A DNA stretch of 55,508 nt from Betaproteobacteria bacterium (GCA_016868015.1 VGIF01000003.1:1-55508); one strand, 5' to 3'. Shown: positions 1-9,791, numbered from the stretch's first letter. Notes: generated from the letters alone by a model not told the origin. Numbers and translations: made by a program.

Positions 1-121
1 GCCCGCGCCCGGCGACGGCAAACACGCGCACTAATTTTACGCGTGGCGGCCGCGCGCAGCTCGCGTGGGTGTGCGCCGCACCCGCTTGCGGCGCTCGCTT
101 TCGTTTCCCGTATGGACTATG

Positions 122-148
122 TATCTAGCTGATTTTATTGATCTTTTT
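122..148 (-). repeat. 27-bp AT-rich IHF-like dispersed motif, copy 1 (degenerate)
   Basis: Minus strand reads AAAAAGATCAATAAAATCAGCTAGATA; 22/27 identical to copy 2. Confidence 0.65.
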
Positions 149-215
149 AAATCAGTGGTACCGTTTGAGTTTCTGCGCAATAATGGCGCCGCGAAAATAA
201 CGGGAGGCCCGCTAC

Positions 216-971
216 ATGAACCCTCGCGCGGTAAATGCTGGCAACGGCATGCAGTGGATCGCGGACGGCTTTAACCTATTCGCCAAAAACGCGGTGATGT
301 GGCTGGTGCTGACAGTGTTGCTGTTGATCGCCGTGGTGATCGTGGCGATGATTCCGCTGATCGGCGCTATCGCCTTGTGGGTGTTGTGGCCGGTGTTGGT
401 GGGCGGCCTCATGCTGGGCTGCCGCGCGCTCGACAACGGCGAGACGCTCGAACTGCAACACTTGTGGGCGGGGTTTGAATCGGGTGACCGATTAACGCAA
501 TTAATCATCGTCGGCGCGGCCTATCTGATCGCGATGGCGGTGATCATCGGCCTCGCCTTCGCGGCGATTGGCTTGCCAGCACTGCAAAGCATCCGCGGCG
601 ATGGCGCAATGTCCTTCGCCGGTATCATCTCGCTGATCGGCAGCATGATGATCGGCGTGCTGCTCGCCATGGCCTTGATGGTGCCGTTGATGATGGCGGT
701 GTGGTTCGCGCCGCCGCTGATTTTGTTCAACCACCTCAACGCGGTGGATGCGATGAAGCTTTCTTTCGGCGCGTGCCTGCGCAATATTGTGCCGTTTTTG
801 ATTTACGGCGTGATCGTGTTTGCCTTGAACTTTGTCGCCGCGATCCCTTTTGGCCTGGGATATCTGGTGTGGATACCCGTGCTAATGGGTTCGCTTTACA
901 TGGGCTACAAGGATATTTTCGCGGTGGCCGAGCCCGCCGCCAAGGCGGCGGGAAACCCGTTGCTGCGTTAG
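216..971 (+). CDS. BPSS1780-family integral membrane protein
   Basis: 251 aa, multiple TM segments, N-terminal 'PRAVNAGNGMQWIADGFNLF' and 'WFAPPL...AMKLSF.AC..N..PF' typical of this family; GGGAGG SD upstream. Confidence 0.75.
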   Translation: MNPRAVNAGNGMQWIADGFNLFAKNAVMWLVLTVLLLIAVVIVAMIPLIGAIALWVLWPVLVGGLMLGCRALDNGETLELQHLWAGFESGDRLTQLIIVGAAYLIAMAVIIGLAFAAIGLPALQSIRGDGAMSFAGIISLIGSMMIGVLLAMALMVPLMMAVWFAPPLILFNHLNAVDAMKLSFGACLRNIVPFLIYGVIVFALNFVAAIPFGLGYLVWIPVLMGSLYMGYKDIFAVAEPAAKAAGNPLLR

Positions 972-1004
972 TGAAAACCGAATACACGATAACCACGACT
1001 CGCG

Positions 1005-1808
1005 ATGATCACCCTGAAAACCCCACTGAAGCTGTTCGCCGCCTGGCTCGCGCTGCTTCTGGCCCACGCCGGCGTGGTGGACGCGGCCGCACCCGCGGTC
1101 AAACAACCGCAGGTCGACACCCCCCGGCAGGTGTTGTTCGTCGGCAACAGCTATTTGTATTACAACGACAGCCTGCACAATCACGTGCGCCGCCTGGCGC
1201 TCGCCGCCGACCCCGCGCTCGCCAAGCAACTGCAATATAAATCGGCAACCATCGGCGGCGCGCCGCTATGGCATCACAATATCCAGCATCTGCTCACACC
1301 GGGCAACCTGGGCATGAAAGCGCCCTTCGATCTGGTCATTCTGCAAGGCGCCAGCACCGACGCCTTGACGCAGGCGCGGCAAGCACGCTTTCACCAGGAC
1401 GTGCTCGACTTTAGCGGCGAAATCGCCAAGCGCGGCGGCAAAACCGCGCTCTATATGACCCACGCGCACGTGCCGCCGAGCAAGTTCGCCGGCGCCGACA
1501 TGATGCGCCAGGTCGAAGCCATGTACATCGCCACGGGCAACGCCGCCGGCGCGCTGGTGATCCCCGTGGGACTCGCGTTCGAGGAAGCCTACCGCCGCCG
1601 CCCCGGCATCAAGCTGCACAAGGAGTACGACGGCTCGCACCCCGATCTGCTCGGCACCTATCTCGCCGCGTGCACGGTGTATGCCGCGGTCTACGGCAAA
1701 TCGGCGCTGGGCAACAGCTACGATTACTTCGGCCGCGTGGATAAAGACAGCGCCGCCTTCCTGCAGCAAGTGGCGGACGATACCGTGAAAAAGTTTTTCG
1801 GCCGGTAG
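1005..1808 (+). CDS. Secreted SGNH/GDSL-like hydrolase (DUF4886-like)
   Basis: Signal peptide, 'VLFVGNSY' block I and 'DGSHP' block V. Confidence 0.7.
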   Translation: MITLKTPLKLFAAWLALLLAHAGVVDAAAPAVKQPQVDTPRQVLFVGNSYLYYNDSLHNHVRRLALAADPALAKQLQYKSATIGGAPLWHHNIQHLLTPGNLGMKAPFDLVILQGASTDALTQARQARFHQDVLDFSGEIAKRGGKTALYMTHAHVPPSKFAGADMMRQVEAMYIATGNAAGALVIPVGLAFEEAYRRRPGIKLHKEYDGSHPDLLGTYLAACTVYAAVYGKSALGNSYDYFGRVDKDSAAFLQQVADDTVKKFFGR

Positions 1809-1813
1809 CGCGC

Positions 1814-2377
1814 TTGCGCAAGCAACGCCAACGCCTTTACGCCGCAGCCATCGGGCTGGGCATGCTTACGGTCGTGGCGGCAGCGCAAAACACGGTGCCC
1901 GTCACCGTGGAAATAACATTGACTGAGATGCTAGACGAGCCACGCGGATTGTGCATCGACATCGTCGGCTGGCAAACGCGGGCAAATCCTGCGCAAGGCT
2001 TGCAGGCCCACACCTGTTACAGCTATCAGGGCACGATCGCGGCCGATCAAGGTTTCGATGCCTCGCGCCTGGCACGCGGCGAGTTTCGCCTGCCCGCGTT
2101 TGACGTGTGCATGACCCACCGCGATCACCACCCCGGTGCGCAGCTCACCCTGGCTGCCTGCGACGAGAGCACGCCACAGATGTTCGAGCTTCGGCCCGAT
2201 GGCCGTATCGCCACCCGCCAGGCGAGCGCGCTGTGCCTCACGGTAAGCGACTCGCCGAGCCGGCCCGGCGGCGGCGGCCAACCGCCGCACCTGATACGGC
2301 CGCTCATCCTGGAGCCCTGTGCCGACGAGCGCTTGCGATTTCAGCGCTGGCAGTTGCGGCCCGGGCTTGCGCGTTAA
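1814..2377 (+). CDS. Secreted ricin-type beta-trefoil lectin domain protein
   Basis: Signal peptide, 'GLCIDI', repeated Cys pairs, 'QMF' and 'QRW' QxW-like repeats; TTG start uncertain. Confidence 0.65.
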   Translation: MRKQRQRLYAAAIGLGMLTVVAAAQNTVPVTVEITLTEMLDEPRGLCIDIVGWQTRANPAQGLQAHTCYSYQGTIAADQGFDASRLARGEFRLPAFDVCMTHRDHHPGAQLTLAACDESTPQMFELRPDGRIATRQASALCLTVSDSPSRPGGGGQPPHLIRPLILEPCADERLRFQRWQLRPGLAR

Positions 2378-2382
2378 CGCCA

Positions 2383-2808
2383 TCACGGTTCACCCGCCAG
2401 ATGCAGGACCACCTCGCGCGTGTGTGCCCGGGTGCGATGTTCGTAAAGATAAATCCCCTGCCAGGTGCCGAGCGCGAGTGCGCCATCAACGAGCGGGATC
2501 GACACCTGCGTTTGCGTGAGCGCGGCGCGCACATGCGCTGGCATGTCGTCCGCGCCTTCGCTGGCGTGCTCGAACAGCGGATCGCCGTCGCGCACCAATC
2601 GCGCGAAAAAACGTTCCAGGTCGCGCGGCACCGCGGGATCGGCGTTTTCCTGAATCAACAAACTCGCCGAGGTGTGGCGGATAAACACCGTGAGCAAACC
2701 GGTTTTCATCGCCGCGTGCCCAACCCACGCGACGATCTCGCGCGTCATCTCGGTTAAGCCACGTCCGCGCGTGCTTAGCCGCAAGATGTGCGTGAGCTGG
2801 CGCGTCAC
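2383..2808 (-). CDS. yjbQ: YjbQ/UPF0047 family protein
   Basis: 'HTSASLLIQENADP', 'EGADDMPAHVR', 'LGTWQGIYLYEHR' signature motifs. Confidence 0.92.
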   Translation of the reverse strand: MTRQLTHILRLSTRGRGLTEMTREIVAWVGHAAMKTGLLTVFIRHTSASLLIQENADPAVPRDLERFFARLVRDGDPLFEHASEGADDMPAHVRAALTQTQVSIPLVDGALALGTWQGIYLYEHRTRAHTREVVLHLAGEP

Positions 2809-3068
2809 CTCAAACCCTGGCGTTTGACGACTGTTCGCAGGTGCGCGTGAGCATCGAGCGCGAATTTGGCATCGCCTTCACTCGACATGTCGTTGACTTC
2901 CAGTTCGACGCAGCCGGGCGGTTTGAGGCAGTCGGGGTCATCCACTGCTCGAACCCTGCTGGCAGGCTGCCGGCGGCTATCATGATTGTCGATCCCCACG
3001 GTGAGCGATGCCAAAAATGCTAAGGACGCTAAACAGGCCAACCACGCTAAAGACGCCAACAATGTCAA
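2805..3068 (-). CDS. Possible small hypothetical protein (uncertain)
   Basis: Stop overlaps yjbQ start (GTGA coupling); hydrophobic N-terminus is produced by a 9-bp periodic repeat; no recognisable family. Confidence 0.25.
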   Translation of the reverse strand: MTLLASLAWLACLASLAFLASLTVGIDNHDSRRQPASRVRAVDDPDCLKPPGCVELEVNDMSSEGDAKFALDAHAHLRTVVKRQGLR

Positions 3069-3069
3069 A
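3007..3069. repeat. Degenerate 9-bp tandem array (7 units)
   Basis: GATGCCAAA AATGCTAAG GACGCTAAA CAGGCCAAC CACGCTAAA GACGCCAAC AATGTCAAA. Confidence 0.7.
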
Positions 3070-3221
3070 GCATATCAGGGGCGCGAACCCACTGTAGCGT
3101 CAGCCGCGCCCCGCGGTCAATCCCGGTCTCACACGCGCGCGTACAAGGCGCTGTCGCGCATGCGCTCCATCGCGGTACGGTATGGGCCGCTGCCGTGGCC
3201 AGCACCCACGCCGGCGCGCGC

Positions 3222-4178
3222 TCACGCCCCGCGCACCAGCGAGGTAATTTGCTTGAGATCGAGATGGGCCGCGCGTTCGCGGATTTGCGGCAGGTATTGC
3301 GCTTGCAGCGCTCGCGCCGGGCCGAGCAGATTCTTGAATGTGTCGTTAAGCAGCGCGGTGTTCATTTGCCGTCCGCCCGCGTAATAACGTTTCGCGACCT
3401 GGCCCAGCGCGTAGGTCGTGGCGAACGAAAACGCGGCGCCCGCCGCGGCCTTGCCCAGGCCCCTGCCCAAGCCGCCGGCCACCGCGCCCAACAAGCCGCC
3501 CAGCAGCTTGCGTCCGAATTGCTCCAGATATTGCGAGGTCATGCCGATGCCAAGTGTGGCCAGCAGTTCGCGGATATGGCCTTGGTCGAGCTCATAGCCG
3601 TGGGCTTTGCCGATGCCGTAAACCATTTTGATTTGCAGCGGGATGATCGCCATCGACGCCCACGATTGCGGCAACAATTCCAGCGCGCCGTTCAGAATCG
3701 AGTGGTTCAGTATCGAACGCTCGATCACCGCGTCGTCGGGCTTGGCGGGCGAGGCCGCCGCCGCAACCGCGGGCACCTGCGCCGGCGCCGCGGCCTCGGT
3801 CAACGCAGCGAGCGCATCGGCCTCGCGATCGAGCGGCTCGGTGATGCCGGCATCGAGCGCCAGCGCCTGCGCGAGTTGCTCCAAAAAGCGCCGTTCCGCA
3901 GCGCCGGTGCGGCCATCGGCATCACATACGCTCACCGCCATTTCATAGGCGAGTTGGCGATGGCCGGGCTCGCTCAATGCGGCCGCGGCCTGGGTCAAAT
4001 CGACGCGCTTTAGCAGCACATCGGTATACAGGCCCGCCAGATCCGCCGCGCCGGTTTCGGCGCTTAGCGAATGCGCCAGGCGGCGCAAGGCTTCGCGCTC
4101 GCGCTCGTCCTTGGCGCCATCGGCAAACGCCGCCAGCAGCGCGATGGTCAGCAGCGCTTTTTGCTGTTCGGCATTGAT
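3222..4178 (-). CDS. TerB-like (DUF533) plus DUF697/YcjF domain protein; non-canonical or mutated ATC start
   Basis: Frame of the 3222..4088 ORF extends upstream as (I)NAEQQKALLTIALLAAFADGAKDERERE; TerB-like 'AYEMAVSVCDADG...E..FL..L'; DUF697-like 'ELLPQSWASMAIIPLQIKMVY'. Confidence 0.75.
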   Translation of the reverse strand: MNAEQQKALLTIALLAAFADGAKDEREREALRRLAHSLSAETGAADLAGLYTDVLLKRVDLTQAAAALSEPGHRQLAYEMAVSVCDADGRTGAAERRFLEQLAQALALDAGITEPLDREADALAALTEAAAPAQVPAVAAAASPAKPDDAVIERSILNHSILNGALELLPQSWASMAIIPLQIKMVYGIGKAHGYELDQGHIRELLATLGIGMTSQYLEQFGRKLLGGLLGAVAGGLGRGLGKAAAGAAFSFATTYALGQVAKRYYAGGRQMNTALLNDTFKNLLGPARALQAQYLPQIRERAAHLDLKQITSLVRGA

Positions 4179-4200
4179 GCGTTGCGTGCGCCGCTGCGCA

Positions 4201-5430
4201 TCAAATCACCTGCCGCTCGCGAAACCCGGCGATCTGCGCCGCGCTGTAGCCAAGCTCGGCCAACACCGCGTCGTTGTGTTCGCCGAGCTTGGGCGCGCGG
4301 CCGATGCGCGCCGGCGTTTCGGAAAATTGCCACGGCGTGCCATGCACCTTGAGTTTTTTGTTGTAGTCGGGGTACTCGACTTCGGTGACGTAGCCGTTGG
4401 CGAGCACATCCGGGTCGTTCGACGCTTCCAGCAGCGTGTTGATCGGCGCGGACACGATATCCGCCTTGCGCAAAATGTCCACCCATTTGTCGCGCGGGCC
4501 GGTGGCGAAGAGCTTATCGAGGGTGGCGAGCAGGGTTTTCCTCTGGTCTTCCGATTGCGTCACCACGCCCAAGTTGGCAAAACCGGCCTGCGACAGCGCA
4601 TCGTAAAAACCCAGCGCGGTCATGGCGTTTTTCCACTTGGCCTCGCCGTTTAACTGAAACACCAGCGGCTTGCCATTGATGTCGTTAAAGCTCGCGCTCA
4701 TGCCGGGGCGTTTTTCGGTGCCGGTGATGCGCGCCTGCCCCGTCACCGGGTTTTTATCGCGCCACATCGCGGTGGTGAGCGTCCAGCCCATCAGGCGGAT
4801 TTGCCCGCCCAGCAGCGAGCACTCGACTTTTTGCCCGACGCCATGGGTACGCGCGCATTGCAGCGCGGCCAGAGCGCCGCCAAAGGCGAGGATCGCGCAG
4901 GTTTCATCGGCCACCGACACCACCCCCGTGCGCAGCGGCTGCCCCGGCGTGGAATACGCCTCGGCAATACCGCCCAGCGCCTGCGCCATGGAGTCGGTGC
5001 CGGGCAGCTTCGAATTCGGCCCCTTGGGGCCGTAACCGGAAATCGACATGTAGACAAGTTTGGGATTGACCTTTTTCAGGTCTTCATAACCAAAGCCGTT
5101 TTTTTCCGCGGCGCCAGGGCGGAAATTCTGGCCGAAAATATCCGCGCGCTTCACCAGCCGGTGCAAAATCTCGCGCGACTCCGCGCTTTTCATGTTGAGC
5201 GTGAAGCTCTTGACGCCGCGATTGTTGGTTTCAAAATAAATGCTCGGCAGCCCCGGAAAAATACTCGAGCCGCGCGAGTTATCCCCCACGCCCGGCACTT
5301 CGATTTTGATCACCTCCGCGCCCAGATCCGCCATCAGCATATACGGCACGGTGCCGGCTTGCGCGGTGGAACATGCCACTACTCTTACGCCATCGAGCGG
5401 GCCTTTCAGTTGGTGCATGGGTTGGCTCAT
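4201..5430 (-). CDS. Family III CoA-transferase (CaiB/BaiF)
   Basis: 'GPLDGVRV', 'MADLGAEVIKIE.P', 'NRGVKS', 'NFRPG', catalytic Asp in 'VADE', 'APKLGEHN'; GGAGGA SD favours ATG at 5430. Confidence 0.92.
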   Translation of the reverse strand: MSQPMHQLKGPLDGVRVVACSTAQAGTVPYMLMADLGAEVIKIEVPGVGDNSRGSSIFPGLPSIYFETNNRGVKSFTLNMKSAESREILHRLVKRADIFGQNFRPGAAEKNGFGYEDLKKVNPKLVYMSISGYGPKGPNSKLPGTDSMAQALGGIAEAYSTPGQPLRTGVVSVADETCAILAFGGALAALQCARTHGVGQKVECSLLGGQIRLMGWTLTTAMWRDKNPVTGQARITGTEKRPGMSASFNDINGKPLVFQLNGEAKWKNAMTALGFYDALSQAGFANLGVVTQSEDQRKTLLATLDKLFATGPRDKWVDILRKADIVSAPINTLLEASNDPDVLANGYVTEVEYPDYNKKLKVHGTPWQFSETPARIGRAPKLGEHNDAVLAELGYSAAQIAGFRERQVI

Positions 5431-5501
5431 GAGCATTCCTCCGTCGTGTTTTGCAGGGAAGGCCAGTTTAAGTGATTTTGGGCGGGGCCGGCTAAGGCCG
5501 C

Positions 5502-6851
5502 TTACACGGCGCGCGCCGCGTCGAGCAACTCGCGCACGTTATCCACGCGCTCCAGCGTATCAACCAGGGTGACGATGCGCCGCGCCGCCGCTTCAGGAAT
5601 CACCCCGCGCGCCGCCGTGTTGAGCTTGGCGACGATTTCGGCGCGGCTTAGCGGATCGGCCGCATCGCCCTTGGCCACCGGGCGATTGTCGGTGTGCGTA
5701 ACACCAGCCGTGGTTTTGATCTCGACGATGGTAGCCGTGCCCTGCACCGCGGCATCGGCGCGCACCTTGACTTTGCCGCGCGCGAACGCGTCCACCGCTT
5801 TGTCGGCAATGCGCGCGGGCTCGAACTGATCGAGCCAACAGGCGCGGTCGTGCAGCACGATCGAGGTGATGTACGGCATTGACAGCAGCGCCTTGAATTT
5901 GTCATCCCACGCCAGCGTGCCGTGCATGTCGTAGACGCCGGGCGAGAGCGCCACCCGCACCTCGGCGATGTCGGCGGGCCTCAGGTTGTGTTTTTCGGCG
6001 AGCGCGAAAAGCGCGGTGATCACCGATTGCACCGAGCTTGCCGCTGGCCACAAGCGCAGCGAAATTTGTTCGAGCTGCCATTGTTGACCGAGGCCGCCGG
6101 TCAACAACTCCGGCTTGCCGCCGTCGGAATAGGCGTTGTAGATGCCGCCGTCTTTGTGCACGAGAATTTCGCTGGAGGCGAGAAACCCGGTCTGCGCCAG
6201 CAAGCCCGCCATCAAGCCCGACAACGCGCCGCGGCATTGATGAAACTTGATCGTCGGCGTGCCCCAATGCGCAAACGTGCCCGCCGATTGCGACCCGGCA
6301 AGCCCGAACGCCATCAACTGCTTGCCGGCGTCAAAGCCGCACAACTTGCCCACCGCCGCGGCGCCACCAAACGGCCCCACCACGCCCGGCGAATGCCAGC
6401 CGCGCGCGCGAAACGCGCTGTAGTGCGTGCCGTTGGCCACGCGCACCGAGGTCTCCAGGCCGGCCGCCACCGCGGTGAGTAATGCCTTGCCGCTCGCGCC
6501 ATCGCGCTCGGCCAGCGCCAACGCACCGGGAATCACTTGCGGCGTGGTGTGATAAAGCGTGGGCCGATGCACGTCACACACGGTCACCGCGGTAACGAGA
6601 TAACCGTTCAACAACGTCGCGCCGGCGAGCGAGAGTTTGTCGCCGCCGATGATGCTCGCCTCGCGCGATGCGCCCAGCGCGCCCGCCAGCGCGCGTATCT
6701 GCTTCACCTCCTCGCCGCGCGTGCCGGCGAGCGCGCTGGCAATCGCATCGAGCATGATGTCCTTGACGCGCTCGCGCACCGCGGCGGGAATTTGTTCGTA
6801 GTGCAAGCCGGCGATGAAGGCGGCTAATTCGGCAGTGGGGGTGTTTGACAT
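5502..6851 (-). CDS. MmgE/PrpD family protein
   Basis: 'LAAFIAGLHYEQIP', 'RGWHSPG..G.FG', C-terminal 'KGD..DPLS..E...K'. Confidence 0.88.
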   Translation of the reverse strand: MSNTPTAELAAFIAGLHYEQIPAAVRERVKDIMLDAIASALAGTRGEEVKQIRALAGALGASREASIIGGDKLSLAGATLLNGYLVTAVTVCDVHRPTLYHTTPQVIPGALALAERDGASGKALLTAVAAGLETSVRVANGTHYSAFRARGWHSPGVVGPFGGAAAVGKLCGFDAGKQLMAFGLAGSQSAGTFAHWGTPTIKFHQCRGALSGLMAGLLAQTGFLASSEILVHKDGGIYNAYSDGGKPELLTGGLGQQWQLEQISLRLWPAASSVQSVITALFALAEKHNLRPADIAEVRVALSPGVYDMHGTLAWDDKFKALLSMPYITSIVLHDRACWLDQFEPARIADKAVDAFARGKVKVRADAAVQGTATIVEIKTTAGVTHTDNRPVAKGDAADPLSRAEIVAKLNTAARGVIPEAAARRIVTLVDTLERVDNVRELLDAARAV

Positions 6852-6877
6852 AAGTATTTGATTTTATTGATATTTTT
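6851..6877 (-). repeat. 27-bp motif copy 2; last A is the A of the PrpD ATG
   Basis: AAAAATATCAATAAAATCAAATACTTA followed by TG. Confidence 0.9.
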
Positions 6878-6900
6878 TAAATGGCTCAAGGCGGCCGATG

Positions 6901-6925
6901 CAACGTTCAACGTTCAGCGTTCAGC
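6901..6925. repeat. Heptamer tandem repeat
   Basis: CAACGTT CAACGTT CAGCGTT CAGC. Confidence 0.6.
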
Positions 6926-7019
6926 GCCGCGCCATCCATCGCCATCAACTTGCGCGCGGCGCGCGCGCTTTCGGCATTTTAGCGCGTCACCCGGCGCCCA
7001 CCGCGGACTTACGCTTGCG

Positions 7020-9707
7020 CTAAGCGGGCGGCGCGGCGTCTTGCAACTTCAGACGTAACGCCACCACGCCCGGTTCGTCACCCGCTTGCAGCGCAAAGCC
7101 ACACTCGCGCGCCAGCGCCAGCATGCCATCATTGTTGCGCAGTGTGATCGCGGTTAACGCGCCGGTGCCGCGAGCGCGGCTATAGGCGATGATTTTTTGC
7201 ATCAGCCGCGTGCCCAGGCCGCGGCCCTTGAGATCGGAGCGCACCAATATCGCGAACTCGGCTTCGGTGTTATCCGGGTTGGCGATGGTGCGCACCACGC
7301 CTAGGGTTTGCGCGTGGGGCGTGCCGTCATCGGCGCTGGCGATAAACGCCATTTCGCGGTCGTAGTCGATCTGGGTAAAGCGCGCGAGCTGCGTGCCGGT
7401 AATGGTGCGCACCGCGTGAAAAAAACGCATTTGCAAATCCTGCGCGTCGACCTGGTCGAGAAAGCGCGCGTGCGCGGGTGCGTCTTCCGGGCGGATCGGG
7501 CGCAGCACAAGGTCGCGCCCGGCAATGTTGACGCGTTCGCCAAGCTCGTTGGGATAAGGCCGTATCGCCAAACGATCGCTGCCGCGTTGCGCGGCGGGCG
7601 TGACGCGGATGCGCGCATCGAGCGCGATCACGCCCTTCTCATCGGCGAGCAGCGGGTTGATGTCGATCTCGGCGATGTCGGCGATATCCACCATCAACTG
7701 CGACAGTTGCACCAATGCGAGTTCGACCGCTCCACGTTTCACCGGCGGGCGATCGCGATAACCCTGAAGCAGTTTGGACACCCGCGTGCGCGAAATCAAA
7801 TCCGCGGCCAGCGTCAGATTCAACGGCGGCAACGCCATCGCGCGGTCCGCCACTACCTCCACCGCCACGCCGCCCTGGCCGAACAGCATCACCGGGCCGA
7901 ACACCGAATCGACGGCGGCGCCGGCGATGGTTTCCACCGCGTTGGGGCGCACGATCATTTCCTGCACGGTGAAACCGGCGAGCGTGGCGTGCGGCGCGCG
8001 TTCGGTAAGCCGCCGCGCCATCGCTTGTGCGGCGTGGCGCACTTCCTCGGCATTGGCGAGATTTAACGCTACACCGCCGACATCGGATTTGTGCGTGACT
8101 TGCGGCGAATCGATCTTCAAAGCCACCGGAAAACCGATTTGCGCCGCGACGTTCACCGCGTCGTCCACGTTCGCCGCGCTTTGCGTACGCACGACGGGAA
8201 TACGATACGCCGCCAGCACGCGCCGCGCTTCGCGTTCGCTTAACCACGCGCGGCCCGCGGCGAGCGCCTCGGTCACCGCCGCGCGCGCGGCCGCGACATC
8301 GGACGTGAAATCAGCCGACATCGACGGCGGAATTTCCATCAACAACTGCTGGTTGCGTTGGTAATTGGCGAGCTGCAAAAACGCCGCCACCGCTTGCTCC
8401 GGCGTGTCGTAACAGGGGATGCCCGCCGCCTCGAAAAAGCGCCGCGCGTGCGCCACCGCGTCCACGCCCAGCCAGCACGCCAGCACGCGCTTGCCCTTGG
8501 CGAGCGGCGCGCACGCGCGCGCGATCTCCTGCGCCACGGTGATCGCGGTGGGTACATAAATGAACAGCACCGCGTCGCAGGCGTCATCGTCGAGCAACGC
8601 CGACAGCGCCGCGACATAACGCGGGGTTGACGCGTCACCAACGATATCCACCGGGTTGCCGTGCGACCAGGTCACCGGCAACGCGGCATCGAGCCGCGCG
8701 ATGGTTTGCGGGCTTAGCGCCGCCAGCGTACCGCCGGCGAGCGACAGGGCATCAGCCGCCATCACCGCCGGGCCGCCGCCGTTGGTCATGATCGCCAGGC
8801 ATTTGCCCGCCACCGGTTGCGCGCGCGCCAGCGTTTGCACCGTGTCAAAGAGCTCCTGGATGGTGTTCACGCGCAGCATGCCGGCGCGTCTTAATGCCGC
8901 ATCGTAAACGTCGTCCGCACCCGCCAGCGCGCCGGTGTGCGAGGCCGCGGCGCGCGCGCCTTCCGGGGCGCGGCCCGCTTTCACCACCAGCACCGGTTTG
9001 TTGCGCGCGGCGGCGCGCGAAGCCGACATGAATTTGCGCGCGGCGCCAATCGATTCGGCGTAGAGCAAAATCGCGCGGGTTTGGGGGTCGCTCGCCAAAT
9101 AATCGATGACATCGCCGAAGTCGACATCGGCCGCATCCCCCAGCGAAATAAAATGCGAAAAGCCGATGCCACGCAACTTCGCGCTATCGAGCACCGCGGT
9201 GGTGAGCCCGCCCGATTGCGAGACGAACGCAATGCCGCCCGCGTCGGCGGTGGTATGCGCGAAACTCGCATTCAAACCGATGCCCGGCACCAGCAGCCCC
9301 ACGCAGTTCGGCCCGAGAATGCGCAACAGATAAGGCCGCGCCGCATCGCGCATCGCTTGCACGATGCTGTTGCCCTGATCGTCACGCGCGCGCGCCACGC
9401 CGCCGGTGATCACCACCGCCGCGCGCGTACCGCGTTCACCCAGGGCGCGGATCAATCCCGGCAAGGTCGGCGGCGGCGTGGCGATCACCGCGAGATCGGG
9501 CGTTTGCGGCAACTGCGCCACATCGGCGTAGGCGCGCTCGCCCATCACCGTGCGATGACGCCGGTTTAGCGCGTAGATGGGGCCGCTAAAACCGCCCTCG
9601 CGCATGTTGCGAAACACCGTCGCCCCGACGCTGCCCGAGCGGTCAGACGCACCGATCACCGCCACCGATCGCGGCGCGAACATCAAATGCAGATTGCGAA
9701 TACTCAT
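7020..9707 (-). CDS. Bifunctional acyl-CoA synthetase (NDP-forming)-like / GNAT protein lysine acetyltransferase (Pat/Pka/YfiQ type)
   Basis: 895 aa; 'PRSVAVIGAS', 'GPNCVG', 'SQSG', 'SHTGALAG', ATP-grasp 'HKSDVGGV', C-terminal GNAT 'QIDYDREMAF...AEFAILVRSDLKGRGLG'. Confidence 0.92.
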   Translation of the reverse strand: MSIRNLHLMFAPRSVAVIGASDRSGSVGATVFRNMREGGFSGPIYALNRRHRTVMGERAYADVAQLPQTPDLAVIATPPPTLPGLIRALGERGTRAAVVITGGVARARDDQGNSIVQAMRDAARPYLLRILGPNCVGLLVPGIGLNASFAHTTADAGGIAFVSQSGGLTTAVLDSAKLRGIGFSHFISLGDAADVDFGDVIDYLASDPQTRAILLYAESIGAARKFMSASRAAARNKPVLVVKAGRAPEGARAAASHTGALAGADDVYDAALRRAGMLRVNTIQELFDTVQTLARAQPVAGKCLAIMTNGGGPAVMAADALSLAGGTLAALSPQTIARLDAALPVTWSHGNPVDIVGDASTPRYVAALSALLDDDACDAVLFIYVPTAITVAQEIARACAPLAKGKRVLACWLGVDAVAHARRFFEAAGIPCYDTPEQAVAAFLQLANYQRNQQLLMEIPPSMSADFTSDVAAARAAVTEALAAGRAWLSEREARRVLAAYRIPVVRTQSAANVDDAVNVAAQIGFPVALKIDSPQVTHKSDVGGVALNLANAEEVRHAAQAMARRLTERAPHATLAGFTVQEMIVRPNAVETIAGAAVDSVFGPVMLFGQGGVAVEVVADRAMALPPLNLTLAADLISRTRVSKLLQGYRDRPPVKRGAVELALVQLSQLMVDIADIAEIDINPLLADEKGVIALDARIRVTPAAQRGSDRLAIRPYPNELGERVNIAGRDLVLRPIRPEDAPAHARFLDQVDAQDLQMRFFHAVRTITGTQLARFTQIDYDREMAFIASADDGTPHAQTLGVVRTIANPDNTEAEFAILVRSDLKGRGLGTRLMQKIIAYSRARGTGALTAITLRNNDGMLALARECGFALQAGDEPGVVALRLKLQDAAPPA

Positions 9708-9774
9708 CGGAATGTCACTACACTTTCGCTTAAAGATTACGCCGCGACAATGACAGACGTACGGCTGTTGGCCG

Positions 9775-9788
9775 TTGATTCATGTCAA
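9775..9788. promoter_or_regulatory. FNR/ANR-type box upstream of the Pat-like gene
   Basis: TTGAT-TCAT-GTCAA, one mismatch to TTGAT-N4-ATCAA; centre about 75 bp upstream of ATG 9707. Confidence 0.6.
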
Positions 9789-9791
9789 AAT

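Noticed and set aside
1-34. Possible 3' end of an upstream CDS (PAPGDGKHAH-stop)
   Set aside because: Too short to support.
5461-5482. Possible 17th motif copy (AAAATCACTTAAACTG on the minus strand)
   Set aside because: Only AAAATCA matches and the flanks are GC-rich.
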